Below, piece by piece: positions 52,585-59,706 of a stretch of DNA of 64,000 nucleotides (the stretch's first letter is position 1; each line of letters opens with the position of its first letter). The position numbers and the translations under genes were made by a program. Under the pieces are notes generated by a model, which made no database searches, was not told the DNA's origin, and was given only the letters and a program-made list of their open reading frames with translations. The DNA is from a virus (lineage: Duplodnaviria > Heunggongvirae > Uroviricota > Caudoviricetes), in the IMG/VR virus record IMGVR_UViG_3300043467_001216; one strand, given 5' to 3'.

Positions 52585-53712
52585 TTAAGTTGCTGGTGAA
52601 TATATGTAAGAATAACCTGATGAGTCACAATTACCCGGTAACGGGGTTGAAGTTGGTGTTTGTGTTTGTGTAGGGGTAAAACTTGGTGTATTTGTTTGTG
52701 TAGGGGTAAAACTTGGTGTATTTGTTTGTGTAGGTGTTTGAGTTGGAGTAAAACTTGGTGTAGGTGTTTGTGTAGGTGTTTGAGTTTGTGTATTTGTTTG
52801 TGTAGGTGTTTGAGTTGGTGTTTTTGATGGGGTTATCGTTTGTGTTGGGGTTTGAGTTGGTGTTTTTGATGGGGTTATCGTTTGTGTTGGGGTTGGCATT
52901 GGTGTTGTTTGACAAAAACTACAACCACCTAGATTAGAAAAACCTAATGAGTTTGAATTTAATCTTATCGAATTACCCCCAATAATGTCGGTTGTTAATC
53001 CAATATATGATATACATTTAGTATCACCGTCAACAAGGGCGTTAAATACCATATATTTAGTTATTGGTGTTCCATTTGGAACAATTAAAACGTCGGTTGT
53101 TGAGTAAGTTGTGTTAGGGTCGTTACAATCACTAAATTGTTTACTAGTAGGACAATTAAAGTTAGTGTTGATTGTGTTAAATGTTACGTCACCGTTAAAT
53201 GTGTTATCTCTATTAACAGGTTTTGATGTTGTTGGTGTTTGTGTTGGTGTTTGTGTTGGACTTGGTGTTACATTATTTACGGTTACATCAACGTTAAGTA
53301 AACCACAAAAATCGGTACTTGTTGGTGTTGGTGTTGGTGTTTTGGTTTGTGTAGGTGTTTGTGTAGGTGTGACAAAATTAACGGGTACACAGTCAAAAAA
53401 AGAATTAAAATCTAAAACAGAACAGTTTACAGTTGGTGTTGGTGTTGGTGTAGGACAAGTACCTGATGATAAGTAACCACTAAATAAATCGGGGCAACTT
53501 GAGCTACAAGGTGATTTTCCAGATAAAAGACAAGTTCCGTTTAGCACATTTGATAAACACCATTGAGTTGTTCCTGTGTTAAAATAGATATAATATCCGT
53601 TGGATTGACCTGACCACGAATCACGACCGTTGTAAGTTCCTGAAGAATTATATATACCATTATATGTTGAAAAACTTGTATTACTTATACAATATGTAGA
53701 TGGACAACTCAT
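52585..53712 (-). CDS. Thr/Pro-rich Cys-rich fibre-like protein (375 aa)
   Basis: YNGRDSW module, CPTPTPTPT blocks and a ~90-aa C-terminal TPTQT repeat. Confidence 0.65.
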   Translation of the reverse strand: MSCPSTYCISNTSFSTYNGIYNSSGTYNGRDSWSGQSNGYYIYFNTGTTQWCLSNVLNGTCLLSGKSPCSSSCPDLFSGYLSSGTCPTPTPTPTVNCSVLDFNSFFDCVPVNFVTPTQTPTQTKTPTPTPTSTDFCGLLNVDVTVNNVTPSPTQTPTQTPTTSKPVNRDNTFNGDVTFNTINTNFNCPTSKQFSDCNDPNTTYSTTDVLIVPNGTPITKYMVFNALVDGDTKCISYIGLTTDIIGGNSIRLNSNSLGFSNLGGCSFCQTTPMPTPTQTITPSKTPTQTPTQTITPSKTPTQTPTQTNTQTQTPTQTPTPSFTPTQTPTQTNTPSFTPTQTNTPSFTPTQTQTPTSTPLPGNCDSSGYSYIYSPAT

Positions 53713-53717
53713 TTATT

Positions 53718-53930
53718 TTATGATATAATTGTTTGGTTAATACACCCATTTTCATCTTCAACTTTTAGGGTGTAATCATCTTGATTTGTTAATACGTTTG
53801 GTATGTCAAATGAATACGGTAGAGTTGAAGTTGTGCCGATATAGACACATAAAGTAACAGGGTTGTCACATAAAAATATATTATAAGGTGTTGTACCTGT
53901 TATGTTGTTTATTGTTACTACTTTGGGCAT
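53718..53930 (-). CDS. Small protein homologous to N-domain of the mucin-like protein
   Basis: ITG..PYNI..CD.....C pattern shared with the N-terminus of 45456..48095; TATTTAT motif 17 nt upstream. Confidence 0.7.
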   Translation of the reverse strand: MPKVVTINNITGTTPYNIFLCDNPVTLCVYIGTTSTLPYSFDIPNVLTNQDDYTLKVEDENGCINQTIIS

Positions 53931-53947
53931 TTTTTTGTGTTTATATA

Positions 53948-53954
53948 ATAAATA
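53948..53954 (-). promoter_or_regulatory. TATTTAT putative phage late promoter (minus strand)
   Basis: ATAAATA on the + strand, 17 nt upstream of the first gene of the minus-strand fibre operon. Confidence 0.55.
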
Positions 53955-54016
53955 TAAAGGGTTGATAAAACTTGTGAAGATTGATTGAATGATTAATTAT
54001 TATTATTTTTTGTGTT

Positions 54017-54919
54017 ATGTCAGATGATGGTGAAATATTAGTGGATTTATTACGTGATGTTCTTGGGGATGAACATCTTCATTATGAATCAAAAGGTCAA
54101 ATATCGTTTGATTGTCCTGAATGTGATGATGACAGACACAAAGGTAATCTTGAGGTGAATTATTTCTCACATGTTTATAAATGTTGGAGTTGTGGTGACG
54201 TTAATGGGACTCACGGACCTTTGGGTAAATTATTTGATAAATACGGAAATAAGAGTCAAAAGAAAGTGTATAATGTTCTCCAACCTGAAGAGTTTAAACC
54301 AAAAGAAGTTAGGAAAGAAAAACTGAGATTACCTAATGAATTTAAATTATTTAAAGACGTAAGTGAGTCTCACCCAATTAGAAGACAAGCATATACTTAC
54401 CTTACTAGTCGAGGTATTACCAAAGAAATTATTGAAAAATATAAAATAGGTTTTTGTTCTAATGGTGAATTTGGGGGGAGAGTTATTGTTCCCTCATATA
54501 CTGAATCAGGTGAGTTAAACTATTTTATAGCAAGAAGTTGGATACCAAACACTAGAGCTAAATATAAAAACCCCGAAGCTGAGAAGGATAAGATAATTTT
54601 CAATGAAAGTTTAATTAATTGGAATCAAGATATCTTCTTAGTTGAAGGGGTCTTTGATGGTTTCTTTTTACCTAATAGTATAGCTATGTTGGGTAAACAT
54701 ATGTCTGAAAAGTTATTTGATACGATATATCAAAGAGCAATGGGTAATGTGATAATTGCGTTAGATGGTGATGCTTGGTATAATGCAGTAAAATTGTATC
54801 ACGAACTTAATGGTGGTGGGTTATATGGTAAAATAAAAATATTGAAATTACCTGATGATAAAGACGTTTGTGATTTAAGAGGTGAAATTAATGATTATTA
54901 TTATAATATAAAAGATTAA
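54017..54919 (+). CDS. dnaG: DNA primase (DnaG/T4 gp61-like)
   Basis: CPEC...CWSC zinc-binding domain; VEGVFDG and ALDGDA Toprim motifs. Confidence 0.9.
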   Translation: MSDDGEILVDLLRDVLGDEHLHYESKGQISFDCPECDDDRHKGNLEVNYFSHVYKCWSCGDVNGTHGPLGKLFDKYGNKSQKKVYNVLQPEEFKPKEVRKEKLRLPNEFKLFKDVSESHPIRRQAYTYLTSRGITKEIIEKYKIGFCSNGEFGGRVIVPSYTESGELNYFIARSWIPNTRAKYKNPEAEKDKIIFNESLINWNQDIFLVEGVFDGFFLPNSIAMLGKHMSEKLFDTIYQRAMGNVIIALDGDAWYNAVKLYHELNGGGLYGKIKILKLPDDKDVCDLRGEINDYYYNIKD

Positions 54920-54930
54920 TTAAAATATGA

Positions 54931-55797
54931 ATGGATTTAAAAGAGATTGCTAAAGATATTAGAGATATCTTAGAAGTTAAGAGGAGTTCGATTGGGTTAA
55001 CATTTGAGGAAGAAACTCATAAGTACACAATGACTGATGGGTTGGGGTTTTCTCGTAGTGATTGGCCATCAGTATCAAAGGTAATGAAAATATTTTATGA
55101 TGAATTTCCTGCCGATGAAATTGCTGAGAAAAAAGCACAAGGTGACCCGGTTGAAAAGGCTCGACTATTGAAAGAATGGGCGGATGCTGGTACGTACTCA
55201 ACAAATATGGGGTCAAGAACTCACTATTTTTTGGAACAGGAAACTATTAAATTATTTGGAGATTACAAAGATGTTCGACAACCAATATTCGAATGTGACT
55301 TTGAACAGATATTGAAGAGTGATAGTATGATAACCGCAGGTAAAGACTTTTTAAATATTATGATTGAAAGGGGTGCGGTATTATTAGATACTGAGATTGT
55401 GTTGGGGGACCCTGACTTAGGTTATACCGGTCAACCCGATAAAGTGTGGATAATAATGAATAAAGAACAAACTGAGTTTGGTTTGGTTATTACCGATTGG
55501 AAGACTAACAAACCTAAGAATTTTGAGGTTAGTTATTTCACAAAACCAATGAAATATCCATTCCAAGCACAACCAAATAATGCGTTAGGACACTATTTCA
55601 CACAATTACCATTCTATGGTAAATTGATTTTGAAAATGTTAGAAGGGACAAAGTATGAGAATATTAAACTGTATGGATGTATCATTGTTTTAATTAAAGA
55701 AGATGGTGAATACGAAGAGTTTAGGATTCCGAGAGAAGTTCAATCAACAATTTTAAATATGGATATACAACCATACTTGAGTAAGTTAAGAAAATAA
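54931..55797 (+). CDS. PD-(D/E)XK exonuclease
   Basis: WPSVSKVM, GSRTH, YTGQPD, ITDWKT and QL..Y motifs of lambda-exo/Cas4-like nucleases. Confidence 0.75.
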   Translation: MDLKEIAKDIRDILEVKRSSIGLTFEEETHKYTMTDGLGFSRSDWPSVSKVMKIFYDEFPADEIAEKKAQGDPVEKARLLKEWADAGTYSTNMGSRTHYFLEQETIKLFGDYKDVRQPIFECDFEQILKSDSMITAGKDFLNIMIERGAVLLDTEIVLGDPDLGYTGQPDKVWIIMNKEQTEFGLVITDWKTNKPKNFEVSYFTKPMKYPFQAQPNNALGHYFTQLPFYGKLILKMLEGTKYENIKLYGCIIVLIKEDGEYEEFRIPREVQSTILNMDIQPYLSKLRK

Positions 55798-55807
55798 ATT
55801 ATATTTA
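55776..55807 (+). promoter_or_regulatory. Bacteroidota-type promoter candidate
   Basis: CTTG (55776-79), 20 nt, TATATTTA (55800-07). Confidence 0.5.
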
Positions 55808-55810
55808 GAT

Positions 55811-55906
55811 ATGAATAATGTAATAATTAGTCCTGTGTGGTATTATACAACAACTTGGGACACTGTTGGTTTAGGAAAAATAAACGTCAAATATATAATA
55901 AAATGA
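55811..55906 (+). CDS. Small protein, 31 aa (MNNVIISPVWYYTTTWDTVGLGKINVKYIIK)
   Basis: Fills the gap after the promoter; its TGA overlaps the next ATG (ATGA). Not in the ORF track. Confidence 0.5.
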   Translation: MNNVIISPVWYYTTTWDTVGLGKINVKYIIK

Positions 55907-56160
55907 AAATTAGAATGAGTAAAAGTTATTCGGTGTATGAAGTATACGACACCATTGAGATTAACAAAGAAGATTATCCTGAGTTAGAAGGAATGACTGA
56001 CGAGGAGGCGGTTGCTTATTTGGATGAAAATAAGTGGGATTTTTCAATTAAAGATGGGAGTGAGGATTCTTTAGCGTCTGAGTTTGAATTTAATAGAGAC
56101 ATAATTAAAGATAAATTTATGAATGAGGAGTTAACAATACACTTACTAAAAGAAGATTAA
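55903..56160 (+). CDS. Acidic hypothetical protein
   Basis: ATG at 55903 with A-rich leader; more plausible than the GTG at 55837. Confidence 0.6.
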   Translation: MKIRMSKSYSVYEVYDTIEINKEDYPELEGMTDEEAVAYLDENKWDFSIKDGSEDSLASEFEFNRDIIKDKFMNEELTIHLLKED

Positions 56161-56161
56161 T

Positions 56162-56398
56162 ATGGAATTAAATCAACCAAGAATTGACTTGAAAAAACAA
56201 CCAACTGTTGTTTGTGAAAAGTGTGGTAGTATGTACTTCAAGGAAGTCGTATTAATTAAAAAAGTTCCGGCATTAATGACGGGTAGTAAAGAAGATACGT
56301 TAGTACCATTCCCAACTTATAAATGTGATGATTGTGGACACGTAAATTCTGATTTCGCCTTATTTGATGAGGACAATAAAACAAATCTAATTCAGTAA
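56162..56398 (+). CDS. Zinc-ribbon protein
   Basis: CEKC...CDDC pair of CxxC motifs. Confidence 0.7.
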   Translation: MELNQPRIDLKKQPTVVCEKCGSMYFKEVVLIKKVPALMTGSKEDTLVPFPTYKCDDCGHVNSDFALFDEDNKTNLIQ

Positions 56399-56637
56399 TG
56401 ACACACAAAGAATTTTATATTTGGTTGGACGGATTTCTAACTAATAGAAGTTGGACGGTAGTTAAAGAGTCTGATATTGATGTGATTAAAGAAAAAATGA
56501 AAGGTGTTAAAGGTGAGTTAGACTTTGACATTGATAAATATAAAGGACATAAATCGTCAAACCCATTTAATCCTATAAACCCAATTATTGGTGGGGTTAA
56601 CGATGATTTAGGTTATCCCCCAAAAATAGTTATGTAA
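56398..56637 (+). CDS. Hypothetical protein (79 aa)
   Basis: TAATG-coupled ORF. Confidence 0.6.
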   Translation: MTHKEFYIWLDGFLTNRSWTVVKESDIDVIKEKMKGVKGELDFDIDKYKGHKSSNPFNPINPIIGGVNDDLGYPPKIVM

Positions 56638-56638
56638 T

Positions 56639-57586
56639 ATGAAATTAAAAGAATTTTTAGAAGTTGCGGTATTAAGTAAAAAGAACACCCTAAATTTAAT
56701 TAATTCATCATTTGTTGATGAAACTTGTCTTTATGGTGTAGAATTGGATAAGTATAAAAACATCATTAAAGAATGTGATGAATTTGATAAATGTGATTCG
56801 TTAGATATTTTAACTATGCCGTTAGTTAAGGGTAAAAAAGATAAGATTTATACGACTGAAACTATTAAATTATCCGATTTAATGGAATTTAAGGGTAGAT
56901 GTTATTTATTATCATTATCTTTAACTCCTGAAATGTATGACCCAAGTCAATTAATTAAACCTGTTAAGCATGGTGCGGCTATGGGTCCGACAATGTATGA
57001 CCCATTAACATTTGAACCAAGAAAACATATTTTATTAACTTGGTCACCTGAAATAACTCAAGATATTCTCGGTTTAGACACCGAGAAAGAACAAAGACAA
57101 GTTATCCATAAATTATTGGATGATGTTTTGGATAATCCTGAAGAATATAAAACTAAAGGTACGAGACATGTTTTGGTTAGAGGGTTATTTGAGGTAGTTG
57201 ATAAATATGATGGGTCTGAAGTTGTTACAAATCATTACGATGTTGATTTAACCGCTAATAAACCTGATGATGTTGGTTATACGGTTTATTATTTAGAACA
57301 AAATGTGGTTAAACCTGGTGAAATTAAATTGGAAATTAAGAAAAGAGTAATCCCACCACATTTAAAAGAAAAGTTCATTTCAGAGGTTGGTGTTGACCCG
57401 GCTAAAATTACTGAAAAGATGATTGATGAATTTTTAGAAAAAAATGATGTTCCAAAACCTTTTGATAATAATAGATTACGGGATATATTGTCAAAAAATA
57501 AAGATGTTGAGGATAGAATTTCTAAAATTGAGAAACACGATAGTAAAGTAAAAAAAATGATTAAAGAATCAAAATATGGTAAATAA
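56639..57586 (+). CDS. Hypothetical protein (315 aa)
   Basis: Clean ORF in the operon; no motif recognised. Confidence 0.65.
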   Translation: MKLKEFLEVAVLSKKNTLNLINSSFVDETCLYGVELDKYKNIIKECDEFDKCDSLDILTMPLVKGKKDKIYTTETIKLSDLMEFKGRCYLLSLSLTPEMYDPSQLIKPVKHGAAMGPTMYDPLTFEPRKHILLTWSPEITQDILGLDTEKEQRQVIHKLLDDVLDNPEEYKTKGTRHVLVRGLFEVVDKYDGSEVVTNHYDVDLTANKPDDVGYTVYYLEQNVVKPGEIKLEIKKRVIPPHLKEKFISEVGVDPAKITEKMIDEFLEKNDVPKPFDNNRLRDILSKNKDVEDRISKIEKHDSKVKKMIKESKYGK

Positions 57587-58355
57587 ACTAGTTCATTTTT
57601 CTGATTTACATATCAGATTATTTAAAGACCACGATTTATATCGTGATATTGTTACGGATATGTTATCTAAATTTAGTGAAATAAAACCTGACAGGATTGT
57701 GTTTACCGGTGACTTAGTTCATTCTAAAAATCAGATGACACCTGAACTTATTGAAATGGTGTCTTGGGTTTTAACTGAATGTTCCAAGATTGCTAAAACG
57801 GTTCTTATTATTGGTAACCACGATTTCTTGGAAAACAATATGTCAAGATTGGACGCTTTAACCCCAATTATTGATTCATTAAACAATGAGAATATTGTTT
57901 ATTACAAAGATAGAGGTGAGTATACTGATGAGAATATTGATTGGGTTGTATATTCATTAATGGACCACAATATTCCACCTGATATCAGTAAATCAGATAG
58001 GGTTAAGATTGGTTTGTTTCACGGACCTGTTCAGGGTTTAACTACTGATATTGGTTATAAGTTCGAGTCAGGATTTGAAACTGATAAGTTTGCGGGTTGT
58101 GATTTAGTATTATGTGGAGATATCCATAAACGACAAATCTTCAACATACCTGGTGGTAAGAAAGCGTATATGATTGGTTCAACAATCCAACAAAACTACG
58201 GTGAAACAATTAATAAACACGGGTTCGGAATTTATGATATTCAAAACGATAACTATGAGTTTGTTGATTTACATAATCCAAGACCTTTCTTATCGTTTAA
58301 GTTGTCATCATATGAAGATATTGAAAACGAAAAAGAATATTTAGCAAATGCTTAA
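57576..58355 (+). CDS. sbcD: Mre11/SbcD-like metallophosphoesterase nuclease (T4 gp47-like), short form
   Basis: HFSDLH, FTGDLVH, GNHD, LFHG, GDIH motifs. Confidence 0.9.
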   Translation: MVNKLVHFSDLHIRLFKDHDLYRDIVTDMLSKFSEIKPDRIVFTGDLVHSKNQMTPELIEMVSWVLTECSKIAKTVLIIGNHDFLENNMSRLDALTPIIDSLNNENIVYYKDRGEYTDENIDWVVYSLMDHNIPPDISKSDRVKIGLFHGPVQGLTTDIGYKFESGFETDKFAGCDLVLCGDIHKRQIFNIPGGKKAYMIGSTIQQNYGETINKHGFGIYDIQNDNYEFVDLHNPRPFLSFKLSSYEDIENEKEYLANA

Positions 58356-59055
58356 TGTAAATCCTAAATACGAATATGACATCATACAGTATTGTAAAAT
58401 AAACAATATTGAGGATGTCTCAATGTTTGTTACACAATGTTTCAAACAAGGTTTTGATATTAAGAAGTACGGATTTTTGGGAAATTCACTTAATGAAGGT
58501 GAAAAAGACTTAATAACTGAGGTAATTGTTGAAAAACGTGTAGAAATACCGGTTGAGGTAATTAAGGAAGTTGAAAAAATAGTTGAAATTCCCGTTGAAG
58601 TTAAAGTAATTGAATATGTGGATAGAGAAGTTATTAAGGAAGTTGTTAGAGAAGTTCCTACCGAAAAAATCGTCACAAAAATAGAGTATATTAGTGACAA
58701 AGAATCTGAAAATGAACTGTTGTTAAAAATACAACAGTTGGAAACTGAAATGTCTAAAAAAGATGAAAGTTTAGACGAACTTAGACGTAATTTAGACGAG
58801 GTTTTAGACAAACCACCTGTTGAAATTATTAAAGAAGTTGAGGTTATCAAGGAGGTTGAGGTGGTTAAAGAGGTAACTACTGACAATTCAAAACAAAAGA
58901 TGTTAGAAATGACATTACAAAATTTAAGAAAAGAATTATCTCAAAAAAATCAAACAATTGATGAGTTAATTCAAAAAAATAAACTTTTGGAATCACAATT
59001 AAATCCGACTAATGCAGTTTATTTGAGAGGTTCTAATTTAAATGAAAGAATATAA
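58348..59055 (+). CDS. Val/Glu/Ile-rich repeat coiled-coil protein
   Basis: EVIKEVEKIVEIPVEVK-type repeats plus coiled coil. Confidence 0.7.
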   Translation: MLNVNPKYEYDIIQYCKINNIEDVSMFVTQCFKQGFDIKKYGFLGNSLNEGEKDLITEVIVEKRVEIPVEVIKEVEKIVEIPVEVKVIEYVDREVIKEVVREVPTEKIVTKIEYISDKESENELLLKIQQLETEMSKKDESLDELRRNLDEVLDKPPVEIIKEVEVIKEVEVVKEVTTDNSKQKMLEMTLQNLRKELSQKNQTIDELIQKNKLLESQLNPTNAVYLRGSNLNERI

Positions 59056-59056
59056 T

Positions 59057-59401
59057 ATGGAAATTTTTATTTGGGTATTAATGGCTTACGGTATGAGTAA
59101 TATACTAGTTTATGGGTCAATTTTTGGATGGTTAAGAAATGGGTTACATAATTGGGGTGAAAATCCTTATACTCCGTTTCAGTTTGTTGGGAAGTTTTTT
59201 TCTGACTTGTTATCTTGTATGATGTGTACAAGTACTTGGGTTGGATTTTTCTTCGGATTAGTTTTATACTCACCTAATAAGATATTTTTAGGATGTGATA
59301 ATCACGTCTCTTGGTTTTTTGATGGGTTATTTGCATCAGGGTGTGTATGGGCAATTAATTCGATTGTTGAATGGTTTGAGGAAAATAGACCGGCCAAATA
59401 G
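59057..59401 (+). CDS. Membrane protein, DUF1360-like
   Basis: Hydrophobic helices and LSCMMCTSTWVG (CxxC..W) motif; start placed at MEIFIW. Confidence 0.55.
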   Translation: MEIFIWVLMAYGMSNILVYGSIFGWLRNGLHNWGENPYTPFQFVGKFFSDLLSCMMCTSTWVGFFFGLVLYSPNKIFLGCDNHVSWFFDGLFASGCVWAINSIVEWFEENRPAK

Positions 59402-59433
59402 TTTGACAATAAAATTTAAAATGTATATGTTTA
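59402..59433 (+). promoter_or_regulatory. Bacteroidota-type/sigma70 promoter
   Basis: TTTG(ACA) (59402-08) with TATGTTTA at 59426-33 (20 nt after TTTG). Confidence 0.6.
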
Positions 59434-59457
59434 ATCAAATCTTAATTATTAAATAAA

Positions 59458-59706
59458 ATGGGAAAAAAAACTAAAGAACACAGAAGAAAAGTTGAAAAAC
59501 GCAACGCACGTATTCAACACGAGAAAAATTTAATGAATAAATTATATCGTGAAGCTATGCAATTTTCAGTTGACGAATTAAAAGAGAAATTGGCTAACGC
59601 TGAGATATCTGACGAAAAAGTTACTGAATTCACAGACTCAATTGCTGAAGAAGTTGTTGATGCTATTATTGAAGAAACAACACAAACTGAAGAATCTGGT
59701 AAATAA
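59458..59706 (+). CDS. Hypothetical protein (basic N-terminus, acidic C-terminus)
   Basis: ORF after a promoter; TAATG-coupled to the Rad50-like gene. Confidence 0.6.
   Translation: MGKKTKEHRRKVEKRNARIQHEKNLMNKLYREAMQFSVDELKEKLANAEISDEKVTEFTDSIAEEVVDAIIEETTQTEESGK

Noticed and set aside
52631-53476. Alternative-frame and antisense ORFs (52631 -, 53111 +) in the second TP-repeat gene
   Set aside because: Low-complexity repeat artefacts overlapping the 52585..53712 gene.
58341-58886. 181-aa minus-strand ORF
   Set aside because: Antisense shadow of the VEKIVE repeat gene.
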